64,000 bases of DNA from Candidatus Eiseniibacteriota bacterium (GTDB taxonomy: Bacteria > Eisenbacteria > RBG-16-71-46 > CAVPCR01): NCBI GenBank assembly GCA_963823555.1, contig CAWGMA010000001.1, positions 1,248,001 through 1,312,000 of the forward strand, read 5' to 3'. A program made the translations under genes and the position numbers. Of this stretch, positions 8,010 through 20,345 are shown piece after piece. Numbering within the stretch: the first letter of the stretch is position 1; each line of letters opens with the position of its first letter. The notes beneath the pieces were generated by a model. The model saw nothing but the letters and a program-made list of their open reading frames with translations, did no database searches and had not been told where the DNA came from.

Positions 8010-10979
8010 ATGCCCGATCGACTCGGGGCGGCTGAAGCCGCCGGTCTCGTCCTCGCGGCGGTGCTCTGCTGCGGCGTCCCGCAGAGCGGAGCCATGCCGC
8101 TGCATCCAAGCGTCGCCGAGAACCTGGCCAAGAGGGGAGAGCTCGAGTCGTTCGCTCGGGAGCAGGCGGACCTCCAGGCCAAGGGCCTCGATCGTCCGGC
8201 GCGGGCCAAGCTCGGGAGTCATCGCGCCTCGGGGATGCACGTCGCGGTCCTCATCGTCGACTTCAGCGACAACCCGTGGCAGATCGAGCCCGCCTACACG
8301 CCGGACCATTATGACGATCTCCTCTTCTCGCGTGGCACCCATTCCACCGGGAGCCTGCGCGACTACTATCTCGAGAACTCCTACGAGGTCTTCGATCTGA
8401 CCGGGCAGGTCTCGGGCTGGCATCGCATGCCGCAGACCTACGCTTACTACGTCGATGGCAAGCGCGGCACACGGGGCAACTATCCGCGCAACGCCCAGAA
8501 GCTGGTCGAGGATGCCGTGCGCCTGGCCGACGCTCAGGATCCGACGCTCGATTGGCGCCAGTTCGACAACGACGGTCCCGACGGCATTCCCAGCTCCGGG
8601 GATGATGACGGCACGGTGGACGGACTCATCGTCATCCATGCCGGTCCGGGTTACGAGGAAACAGGCAACCCCAACGACATCCACTCGCACTACTGGAACG
8701 TGGTCGACGAGGACCTCGAAGTCGACGGCGTGCGCATCTTCAACTACATGGTCGACCCGCAGAACGGACGCACCGGGGTCTTCGCGCACGAGTTCGGCCA
8801 CAACATCGGTCTCGTCGACCTCTACGAGACCGATGGCGGGACCTCGAGCGTCGTGGGCGTGTGGTCGGTGATGTCGCTCGGGGCCTGGCTCTCGGCCACG
8901 GGTGGGGCGTTCGGGCCGGGCTCGGGCACGCGGCCGTCGCATCTCGATGCCTGGTCGAAGGTCGCCGCGGGTTTCCTCGAACCGGTCGACGTGTCGGCGA
9001 ACGCCGTCCAGCGAGTCCTTGCCCCGTCGGAGACCAGCTCGGAGATCCTCCGCCTGTGGACCAATGGATCGGAATCGAACGAGTACTTCCTGGTCGAGAA
9101 CCGGGCGCCCATCGGTTTCGACCGCGCTTTACCGTTCGCCTCGACCACGATCGGTGGCTTCCTCGTCTGGCACGTCGATGAGGACGTGGCGACCAACGAT
9201 GATGCGGCGCATCCTCGGGTTGCCCTCGAGCAGGCCGATGGCCGTTTCGACATCGAGTCGAACCGCAACTACGGAGACGCCGGCGATCCGTTCAGCCTGG
9301 GCGATGCGTTCACCATGGCCTCGCTACCCTCGAGCCGGAGCTATGGCCTCGAGGACACCCAGGTGCGCGTGGAGAACATGCGGCTCGTGAGCGGCGCCAC
9401 CTTCGCGGCCGATATCACCGTGGAGACTGCGCCCGCCGTGCGCAAGGTGCGCCTCATCGTCCGGGATGAGAGCGGCAATGGAGACGGCGGCCTGGACGCG
9501 ACCGAGCAAGGCCAGATCGAGGTCGAGATCCAGAACATCGGGCTCGATGCCCGCAGCCTCGAGGTCCAGCTCGTGAGCCTCGACCCCCTCGTGACCATCG
9601 CCGGCGGTCCCCTCGCGGCCGGGGACGTGGCCGCCGATGCCGCCCTCACGGTGCCCGGAGCCTTCTCCTTTCTCGTGTCGGAGCTGCCGGAAGATCCCTA
9701 TCCCGTCATGCTGCGTCTCGACTACTCGGCGGCCGGCTACACGGCGAGCGAGGATGTGGTCGTGATGGCCGGAGACGTGATCGGCTTCGCCGCGAGCTTC
9801 GAGAGCGGGGAGGCGGGCTTCGTCCACTCCGGCGGCCGGCCGGGTTATCGCGATACGTGGCACGTCGCCCCGGGCGCCGGTCGCAACGGCCGGAGCGCCT
9901 ACCGCTGTGCGCCGCCGGATTCGATCGCCTACGCCAATCTCACCGACGCCCGGCTCGACTCACCGTATTTCTCGCTCGATGGGACCTGCCGCCTCTTCCT
10001 GTGGCATACGATCGACGCCGAGGTGGATGTGGCCACGCGGGCCTGGGACGGTGGGCTCGTGGAGCTGTCCGTGGACGGCGGGCCATTCACGGCGATCACG
10101 CCGGTGGGTGGCTATCCCTACCGCATCATCCGGAACTCGCAGAGCCCGATCGCGGACCGGGAGGTCTTCTCGGGGACGACCAGCGGTTTCGAGCAGGTCG
10201 AGTTCGACCTCGCCGGTCTCACGGGCGCCGCTCGCCTGCGTTTCCACTTCGGTTCCGACGGCTCGATCACGCAGCGAGGCTGGGTGGTGGACGAGGTCAC
10301 GGTGGTCTCGCCGGCCGAGCCCTACGCGGTGACCTTCCTCACGCCGAGCGTGGATGCCGGGGGGCAGGTCCTGGTCGATTTCGAGGTGCAGGAGTTCTTC
10401 CCCGAGCTGCCCTACGCGGGACGGGGCTTCAGGGTCCACCGCCGCGCGGAGAGCCCGACCTTCCCCCTCAAGATGGCGGGGGCCACGGGAGTCCCCGATG
10501 GCTACGAGCTTCTGACGCCGGCCCCGTTGCCGCCGGACGCGAGCTACCTGGACACCGACGTCCGCCCGGCGGAGATCTTCGCGTACCTCCTCGAGGATCT
10601 GCGCGAGGAGGGGGAGGCGTCCCGATTCTACGGCCCGCGCACGGTCTACGTGCCCGGAGGACCGGCGTCAGCCCGGATCGTGCGGGCGGTGCCCAGCGTG
10701 TTCGAGCCGGCCCAGTCGCCGACGACTCGTATCGAGTTCCTCGTGCCTCCGGGCTCGGGCCGGAACGTTGCCGCCGCCGTGCCGGTCAAGCTCTCCGTGT
10801 ACGATCTGTCGGGCCGGCAGGTCGCGACCCTGGTCCATGAGGACCGGTTGCCGGGCAAGAACGTGGCCGAATGGAACGGCGTCGGCTCCCGCGGTTTCGC
10901 GGCCCCCTCCGGTGTCTACTTCCTCCGACTCGAGGCGGGGGAGGAGACGGCCGGTCGGCGGCTCGTGCTCCTGCGTTGA
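8010..10979 (+). CDS. secreted M6-family (immune inhibitor A-like) metalloprotease with C-terminal FlgD-Ig/T9SS-like domain
   Basis: Signal peptide, SLRDYYLENSY, IHAGPG, FAHEFGHNIGLVDLY (HExxH...D), WSVMSLG, EYFLVENR; C-terminus SVYDLSGRQVATL...WNG...SGVYFLRL...LVLLR. Confidence 0.88.
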   Translation: MPDRLGAAEAAGLVLAAVLCCGVPQSGAMPLHPSVAENLAKRGELESFAREQADLQAKGLDRPARAKLGSHRASGMHVAVLIVDFSDNPWQIEPAYTPDHYDDLLFSRGTHSTGSLRDYYLENSYEVFDLTGQVSGWHRMPQTYAYYVDGKRGTRGNYPRNAQKLVEDAVRLADAQDPTLDWRQFDNDGPDGIPSSGDDDGTVDGLIVIHAGPGYEETGNPNDIHSHYWNVVDEDLEVDGVRIFNYMVDPQNGRTGVFAHEFGHNIGLVDLYETDGGTSSVVGVWSVMSLGAWLSATGGAFGPGSGTRPSHLDAWSKVAAGFLEPVDVSANAVQRVLAPSETSSEILRLWTNGSESNEYFLVENRAPIGFDRALPFASTTIGGFLVWHVDEDVATNDDAAHPRVALEQADGRFDIESNRNYGDAGDPFSLGDAFTMASLPSSRSYGLEDTQVRVENMRLVSGATFAADITVETAPAVRKVRLIVRDESGNGDGGLDATEQGQIEVEIQNIGLDARSLEVQLVSLDPLVTIAGGPLAAGDVAADAALTVPGAFSFLVSELPEDPYPVMLRLDYSAAGYTASEDVVVMAGDVIGFAASFESGEAGFVHSGGRPGYRDTWHVAPGAGRNGRSAYRCAPPDSIAYANLTDARLDSPYFSLDGTCRLFLWHTIDAEVDVATRAWDGGLVELSVDGGPFTAITPVGGYPYRIIRNSQSPIADREVFSGTTSGFEQVEFDLAGLTGAARLRFHFGSDGSITQRGWVVDEVTVVSPAEPYAVTFLTPSVDAGGQVLVDFEVQEFFPELPYAGRGFRVHRRAESPTFPLKMAGATGVPDGYELLTPAPLPPDASYLDTDVRPAEIFAYLLEDLREEGEASRFYGPRTVYVPGGPASARIVRAVPSVFEPAQSPTTRIEFLVPPGSGRNVAAAVPVKLSVYDLSGRQVATLVHEDRLPGKNVAEWNGVGSRGFAAPSGVYFLRLEAGEETAGRRLVLLR

Positions 10980-10988
10980 CCCGGGAGC

Positions 10989-11017
10989 TTGTCGTCACCT
11001 GAGGCTCCTGTTATGGT
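10989..11017 (+). promoter_or_regulatory. putative sigma70 promoter
   Basis: TTGTCG-17 bp-TATGGT with extended -10 TG. Confidence 0.45.
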
Positions 11018-11277
11018 CGGCGCCGTGTGGTGCGGTGACCAAGCTGGTCCGTGCATCGCACGTGCGATCTCCCCCGCGGTGCCCCGGGCCCACGAGCCTT
11101 CGCGGGAAAGGCGTGGTTACCGAGGACGCCAGCGTGCAGGTGTGCCGGCGTGGCCAGTCATGGTTCTCGCGGCCTGCGCGGCCAATCCCCTGTCCTGTCG
11201 CCAACCCTCGGTGATCGCCCCGTTCCTCTTGGCGCGCTGCCGCAACGGAATGCTGGCAGCGGAACGAGGTAAGGCGA

Positions 11278-13845
11278 ATGGCTCTCCCTCTTCTCGACCT
11301 CGCCACACAGACCCCGGTTCATTCCCGTTGCTTGACCCATGGCGAGTCGGATCGTGCCCACGCCGGATCGGCGCTCGCCATCCTGGCCCACGATGCCACG
11401 GGCCATAGCGCCGGCTGGCCGCAGGCCCTGGCGGCCTACCGCCATCTGTGGGCCGGCTACAAGGGACATGCCCCGCTCCGCCGAGTGAGCGAATTGCTCA
11501 CGACCGGCATGCGCGGGCTGGCCGCCAATCGCGACTTCCTTTCCCAGCCGGAGATCACAGCGGCGTTCCTCGGCCTCGATGGGGGGCACGTCCTGGCCTA
11601 TGCCACGCGGACGGCTCTCGTCCTGGTCCGGCACGGGTCGGATCTGGCCGAGCTCGGGCCCGACGGTTTTCATCCGCTTCCGGAGAGCGGCACCCTGGCG
11701 CGGGCGATGACCGGCACCGGACTGCTGCGGGGATCCCTGGCGCTCAGCACGGGTGACGCCATTTGCCTGATGAGCCGGCAGGCGGCGGCGCGTGTCGGAC
11801 TGTGGCGGTTGCGTGAGGCGATGAGCGCTCAGTCGGCGGCCGATCTTCTCAACGGACTGGGTCCGCTGGATGAGCCGGTCCTGGCCGCGCGGCTGAATCG
11901 CGCCCCGGTCCAGCGCGCGGTCCCGATCGAGGGGGTCCTGGCGGCGGTGGCGAACGCGAATCCGTGGGCCGGGTCCCGGGCCGGGACCGAGCCCCGTGTC
12001 GCGGTCGAATCCACCGATCGGGCCGCCACGAACGCCGCCTTGCCCGAGCGGAGCGCGACCGCAGAGCCCGAGCCAGGCACCGCCGGGGTATCGGGCATCG
12101 TGTCCGAAGCGGGCGCTGAGCCCGAAGCGGGGACCACGCCCGGGTCGAGCCGAGACGAGGAGTCGGCACCGGAATCGAGCCTCGCCCGGGCGCAGCCGCA
12201 AGCCGAGCCCGATGGGGACCGCAGTGCGTCTCGAGAAGGGGACGCCGCTCCTCCGTTGTTCGTGCGCTCCGGACGTCGTCATCGCGAGGCGGAGCCCTCG
12301 TGGCGCGAGCGATGGCTGGGTGGTTCACCCCCCGACCCCGGGCCCGAGAGGGAGCGGCATGCAAGAACGGACCTCCCCGAGCAGCCGGTCCCTGAAGCGG
12401 CCATGGACCGACGTTTCGAACTGGAGCCCGCTCCAGCTGACGAGCCCCAGGAAGACCTCTTCTTCTCGCCGGAGGTGACGGAGGCGACCGCTTCTCGAGA
12501 ACCCGGATTCGTCCTGCCTGCACCGAGCCCTGGTGCTGGAGGCGCCGATGCTGAACGAATGGCGGAGGGATCGATCATGGTTCCCGGCCGCCGTTCGCTC
12601 AGGGCCGAGGAGGCCGGGGCCGGCTGGCGCCTGCCTGGAAACAAGGACTCCTTTCTCCTCCGGCGCTGGTTCACCTGGGCGACGGTCGGCCTCGGCCTCG
12701 TGGCGGCTCTCGTCATCATCATCCTGATCGGTCGCTTCCTCACCGGGGCCGGTCCCACGGGTCCCAAGGTGGAAGGGCTCGATGTCTCATCCAGGTCGGC
12801 CGGGTCCGGCGCCGTGGGAGAGGAGGATCCAGGCGTTCCGCCGCTCCCGCCCTTCTCGGGGGCGAGCTGGACCAAGACCTTCAAGGACGCGATCACGTCC
12901 TCGCCGCTCGTCGTGGGCGAGCGCGTGATCTTCGGCGGTCGGGACGGGAATCTCTATGCCCTCAGCATCCACGATGGAGGTGAGGCGTGGCGGCTTCGGG
13001 CCGGGTCCGGCATGGGTTCCTCGCCGGCGGCGGCAGGTGATCTGGTCGTGATCGGCACCTACGGAGGCGACGTGCTCGCAGCCGACGCGGCGAGCGGGAC
13101 GGAACGCTGGCGCTCCAAGACCGGAGGCAAGATCGTATCCTCCCCGGTCTTCGATGCCGCATCCGGCCTCGTCGTGATCGGCTCGCACGACAATCGCGTC
13201 CACGCCTTGAACGCCGTCGACGGGACGACCCGCTGGCGGGCGGCGACAGGCGGCATCGTCTGGGCCTCGCCGACGATCGATCGCAACCGCGTGTTTGTCG
13301 GCTCGCACGACAAGATGCTCTACTGCCTGGACCTCGAGAGCGGGGACGTCGTCTGGCGGTCATCGGCGGATGATGCTGTCTCGACCACTGCGGCTGTGGC
13401 CGGTGACCGCGTCGTCATCGGGACCACCAAGGGAACCGTGGCGGCGTACGCCCTGGCGGACGGCAAGAGGTTGTGGACCCGGAAGGTGAAGAGCGCTTGC
13501 GGAGGCGCCGCCGTGGTTGCCGGGGATATGGTCCTGATCGGAACCGATGTCGGGAACGTCCTGGCCTTGAACCTGGCCGATGGCGCCGAGCGCTACCGGG
13601 TGCGGACGGGAGATGCGGTCAAGTGCCGCCCCGCAGTGAGCGGAGATCTCGCGTGGATCACCGGATACGATGGCAATCTGCGGGTCTTCGATCTGGCGAC
13701 CGGCGAGGAGCAGTGGAAGTTCAAGGCCAAGGGGCGGCTCTATTCGAGCCCGGCGGTGCTGGGCCGCACGGCCTTCTTCGGTTCCATGGACAACCTCTTC
13801 TATGCGGCGACCTGGCCCGAGGAGGCCCCGGCGACGGCGCGCTGA
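11278..13845 (+). CDS. membrane protein: degenerate PP2C-like N-terminal domain, acidic/Pro-rich linker, TM helix, PQQ-like (BamB-type) beta-propeller
   Basis: TM segment WATVGLGLVAALVIIILIG; about eight repeats of SSP...VIG..D..LYAL....G...W. Confidence 0.8.
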   Translation: MALPLLDLATQTPVHSRCLTHGESDRAHAGSALAILAHDATGHSAGWPQALAAYRHLWAGYKGHAPLRRVSELLTTGMRGLAANRDFLSQPEITAAFLGLDGGHVLAYATRTALVLVRHGSDLAELGPDGFHPLPESGTLARAMTGTGLLRGSLALSTGDAICLMSRQAAARVGLWRLREAMSAQSAADLLNGLGPLDEPVLAARLNRAPVQRAVPIEGVLAAVANANPWAGSRAGTEPRVAVESTDRAATNAALPERSATAEPEPGTAGVSGIVSEAGAEPEAGTTPGSSRDEESAPESSLARAQPQAEPDGDRSASREGDAAPPLFVRSGRRHREAEPSWRERWLGGSPPDPGPERERHARTDLPEQPVPEAAMDRRFELEPAPADEPQEDLFFSPEVTEATASREPGFVLPAPSPGAGGADAERMAEGSIMVPGRRSLRAEEAGAGWRLPGNKDSFLLRRWFTWATVGLGLVAALVIIILIGRFLTGAGPTGPKVEGLDVSSRSAGSGAVGEEDPGVPPLPPFSGASWTKTFKDAITSSPLVVGERVIFGGRDGNLYALSIHDGGEAWRLRAGSGMGSSPAAAGDLVVIGTYGGDVLAADAASGTERWRSKTGGKIVSSPVFDAASGLVVIGSHDNRVHALNAVDGTTRWRAATGGIVWASPTIDRNRVFVGSHDKMLYCLDLESGDVVWRSSADDAVSTTAAVAGDRVVIGTTKGTVAAYALADGKRLWTRKVKSACGGAAVVAGDMVLIGTDVGNVLALNLADGAERYRVRTGDAVKCRPAVSGDLAWITGYDGNLRVFDLATGEEQWKFKAKGRLYSSPAVLGRTAFFGSMDNLFYAATWPEEAPATAR

Positions 13846-14164
13846 GCTTGTCGTCCCGCTCGAGGTGGTCAAGCCAAATCGTTGTATTAAATTGGTTTGT
13901 GCTCGTCGTTCTGATGCTTTCCCGCTGCCCGCGCGACATCTGCTAGCCTTCTTGGCTTGCAGGGCGTGCGTGGCCATGCTCCAGCGTCGTTACCCGCCAG
14001 TCCCTGGCCTTCGGGCCAGCGGGGGAATGAGAACCGCTCGAGCGATGCCGTTGTAAGCTCCCCCGAGAAGCGGGCGCCCGGGCCGGGCGCTGGCGAGGCG
14101 ATTCGCGCCCGGGGCGCCGGCGCTCTGATTCAGGCGTCACCGGTGGGAAAGCAAGGGAGTAGCA

Positions 14165-17354
<3,190 letters not shown>

Positions 17355-17493
17355 TGCTTTGCTAATAAAGGCGTTATAGGCCGTTAGCCCTCCCGGGCGA
17401 AATTGCCCTGTAACCTTAGAGGGGGCTGACCGATCTGAGAGGATGATGGCGGGCCCGGGCCCGGTGGGCCTCCCGCCGGCGAGGAGGATCTCG

Positions 17494-17970
17494 ATGGACG
17501 ATCCAGTCGACGAAGTACTCATGGTCATCGTGCAGCAGCTGCGCGCCTATATGCGCGGGGACACGCATGCCATCGAGGACCTGTCCGACTGGCTCGATTC
17601 CGGCGAGTTCGATCAGGCCGCCGTGAGCTCTGCGTTCCAGTTCTTGCTTCAACTCATCGAGCCCTACACGACCGGGCTCTACGTCGAGAAGGGTAGCCGG
17701 CGCAAGGTCAACAACCGGATTCTCGATCGCGCGGAGCGGGAGCTCCTGTCGCGCGAGGCCTACGGCCATCTGCTCAAGCTCCGGGACCAGGGTGCTCTCG
17801 ATGACTTCCAGCTCGAACTGATCCTGAACCAGATCGTGGGTACGCGTTCGGAGCCCGTCGATCTCGATGAGATCAAGCGCATCATCAACGCCGTGCTCTT
17901 CCACTCTCCCGACGGAGAAGGAGAGGGTTCGCTGCCGCAGGGTGAGGACGATCTGCCACGTCCGCACTAG
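17494..17970 (+). CDS. smg: DUF494/Smg family protein
   Basis: About 158 aa with RILDRAERELLSREAYGHLLKLRDQG..LELIL; lies directly upstream of topA, the usual smg position. Confidence 0.75.
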   Translation: MDDPVDEVLMVIVQQLRAYMRGDTHAIEDLSDWLDSGEFDQAAVSSAFQFLLQLIEPYTTGLYVEKGSRRKVNNRILDRAERELLSREAYGHLLKLRDQGALDDFQLELILNQIVGTRSEPVDLDEIKRIINAVLFHSPDGEGEGSLPQGEDDLPRPH

Positions 17971-18050
17971 ATCCGTGGCCCGGCGCTCTGTCCGGGCCGT
18001 TCGGGCACTCGACCAGCAGCCATCGGGACTGAAATCGTGAGGACCGCTCT

Positions 18051-20321
18051 ATGTCCAAGTCGCTCGTGATCGTCGAGTCGCCGACCAAGGCCAAGACCTT
18101 GACCAAGTTCCTGGGACGGAGCTTTCAGGTTCTGGCTTCGGGCGGGCACATCATGGACCTGCCCAAGTCCAAGCTCGGCGTGGACGTCGATCGAGACTTC
18201 GAGCCCCAGTACGTGACCATTCGCGGCAAGGGGCCGACGATCAAGGAGCTCAAGTCGGCGGCGAAGAAGGCCAAGGAAGTCTTCCTGGCCCCGGACCCGG
18301 ACCGGGAGGGAGAAGCCATCGCCTGGCATCTGGCGCGGCAGCTGGGGAACGGATCGCTCACGGTGCGGCGCCTCGCCTTCTACGAGATCACCAAGAAGGC
18401 GGTCGAGCGGGCGCTCAAGGAGCCCCGCACGATCGACATGAACATGGTCAACGCCCAGCAGGCGCGGCGCGTGATGGATCGTCTGGTGGGCTACCAGGTG
18501 AGCCCGCTCCTGTGGCGGACGATCCGCTATGGGCTCTCCGCCGGCCGCGTCCAGTCGGTGGCGCTGCGCATGGTGGTGGAGCGCGAGCGCGAGATCCAGG
18601 CCTTCGTGCCGGTCGAGTACTGGTCGATCACGGCGCTTCTCGAGACCCTGGCCCATGAGCGCTTCGAGGCCAAACTGGTGAAGATCGCCGGCCAGGCGCC
18701 GGAGATCAAGAACGAGATCGAGGCCCAGCGCATTGTCGATGAGCTCAAGCAGGGGCAGCCGCTGGTCCAGTCGGTCACGCGACAGGAGAAGCGGCGCTCG
18801 GCCAAACCGCCGTTCAAGACCTCGACCTTGCAGCAGGAGGCCTATCAGCGGCTGCGCTTCTCGTCGAAGAAGACCATGATGATCGCCCAGGAGCTCTACG
18901 AGGGGGTGGATGTTCCGGGCGAGGGCACCGTCGGTCTCATCACCTACATGCGCACCGATTCGACGCGCATCGCCGGGGAAGCGGTGGATGAGGTCCGGGA
19001 GTTCATCAAGACCCGCTACGGCGATCGCTACCTCCCGGACGAGCCGCAGGTCTACGCCAAGAAGAGCGCGACCACTCAGGATGCCCATGAGGCGATCCGG
19101 CCCACCGCGGTGACCCGCACTCCCGAGTCCCTGCGCGGGGCCCTCTCGGCGCCCCAGCTCAAGCTCTACACCTTGATCTGGAACCGCTTCGTCGCCTGCC
19201 AGATGGGGCCGGCCGTCTTCGATGTGACCACGGTCGAAGTCGCCGTGGGCGACAAGATCCTACGGGCGACCGGCACCCTCCCCAAGTTCGACGGCTTCCT
19301 GCGCGTCTATGGCAGCGCGACCAACGGCGAGAACGGGAACGAGGAAGGCGAGGGCATGACCTTGCCCGCGGTCGCGGAGGGCGACCGGCTGGGCATGCGC
19401 AAGGTGACGCCCAAGCAGCACTTCACTCAGCCGCCGCCGCGCTACACCGAGGCCACCATCATCAAGGTTCTCGAGGCAGCCGGTATCGGCCGGCCGTCGA
19501 CCTACGCCACGATCGTGTCGACCATCCTGAACCGCGACTACGTGATCAAGGAGAAGGGCGCGCTCAAGCCGACCGATCTCGGCATGACCGTGACCGATCT
19601 CCTGCTGCAGAACTTCCCCGACATCTTCGAGGTCCAGTTCACCGCGCGCATGGAGGAGGAACTGGACAAGGTGGAGACCGGGGAGGACGAGTGGGTGAAG
19701 GTCGTCAGGGACTTCTACACTCCGTTCTCGAGCGACCTGGTCAAGGCCGAGGAGAAGCAGGCCGAGCTCAAGCAGTCGGTGCAGCAGGAGTCGGAGGTCG
19801 TGTGCGACACCTGCGGCCGCAACATGGTGAAGAAGTACGGACGGAACGGCCCGTTCCTGGCCTGTCCCGGCTATCCGGAGTGCCGCAACACGAAGCCCCT
19901 CGAGGGCGAGAGCGCCGCCATCGCCACCGACGAGGTGTGCACCAAGTGCGGCTCGCCGATGGTGGTGAAGAGCGGTCGTTTCGGCCGCTTCCTGGCCTGC
20001 TCGGCCTACCCCGAGTGCAAGAACACCGCATCGCTCAAGGTGGGGGTGGGGTGCCCGGAGACGGGCTGTACGGGGCAGCTCGTCGAGAAGCGGACCCGCC
20101 GCGGCAAGATGTTCTATGGCTGCGACCGCTACCCGGACTGCAAGTTCGCTCTCTGGCAGCGGCCGGTGCCGACTCCGTGCCGCGCCTGCGGCGCGCCCTT
20201 CATGGTGTTCCGCGAGACCAAGGCCCACGGACCCCACCACTACTGCTCACGCTGCAAGGCCGTGGCGGCGATCGAGACAGACGAGACCGAGCTCCCCGAG
20301 GCCATGGAATCCGGCGCCTAG
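18051..20321 (+). CDS. topA: DNA topoisomerase I with C-terminal zinc ribbons
   Basis: LVIVESPTKAK, DPDREGEAI, SAGRVQS, LITYMRTDS (catalytic Tyr), QDAHEAIRPT, GIGRPSTY, repeated C4 ribbons. Confidence 0.98.
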   Translation: MSKSLVIVESPTKAKTLTKFLGRSFQVLASGGHIMDLPKSKLGVDVDRDFEPQYVTIRGKGPTIKELKSAAKKAKEVFLAPDPDREGEAIAWHLARQLGNGSLTVRRLAFYEITKKAVERALKEPRTIDMNMVNAQQARRVMDRLVGYQVSPLLWRTIRYGLSAGRVQSVALRMVVEREREIQAFVPVEYWSITALLETLAHERFEAKLVKIAGQAPEIKNEIEAQRIVDELKQGQPLVQSVTRQEKRRSAKPPFKTSTLQQEAYQRLRFSSKKTMMIAQELYEGVDVPGEGTVGLITYMRTDSTRIAGEAVDEVREFIKTRYGDRYLPDEPQVYAKKSATTQDAHEAIRPTAVTRTPESLRGALSAPQLKLYTLIWNRFVACQMGPAVFDVTTVEVAVGDKILRATGTLPKFDGFLRVYGSATNGENGNEEGEGMTLPAVAEGDRLGMRKVTPKQHFTQPPPRYTEATIIKVLEAAGIGRPSTYATIVSTILNRDYVIKEKGALKPTDLGMTVTDLLLQNFPDIFEVQFTARMEEELDKVETGEDEWVKVVRDFYTPFSSDLVKAEEKQAELKQSVQQESEVVCDTCGRNMVKKYGRNGPFLACPGYPECRNTKPLEGESAAIATDEVCTKCGSPMVVKSGRFGRFLACSAYPECKNTASLKVGVGCPETGCTGQLVEKRTRRGKMFYGCDRYPDCKFALWQRPVPTPCRACGAPFMVFRETKAHGPHHYCSRCKAVAAIETDETELPEAMESGA

Positions 20322-20345
20322 GCGCCGGGTGCGAGGGCTCCCTCG

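Noticed and set aside
10985..13855. 12-bp direct repeat GAGCTTGTCGTC flanking the PQQ gene as a target-site duplication
   Set aside because: 12-mer matches are expected by chance in 64 kb of GC-rich DNA, no mobility gene lies between the copies, and one copy is explained as a -35 element.
13865..13892. dif site (TTGTATTAAAT resembles the XerD arm)
   Set aside because: No recognisable XerC arm at the 6-bp spacing.
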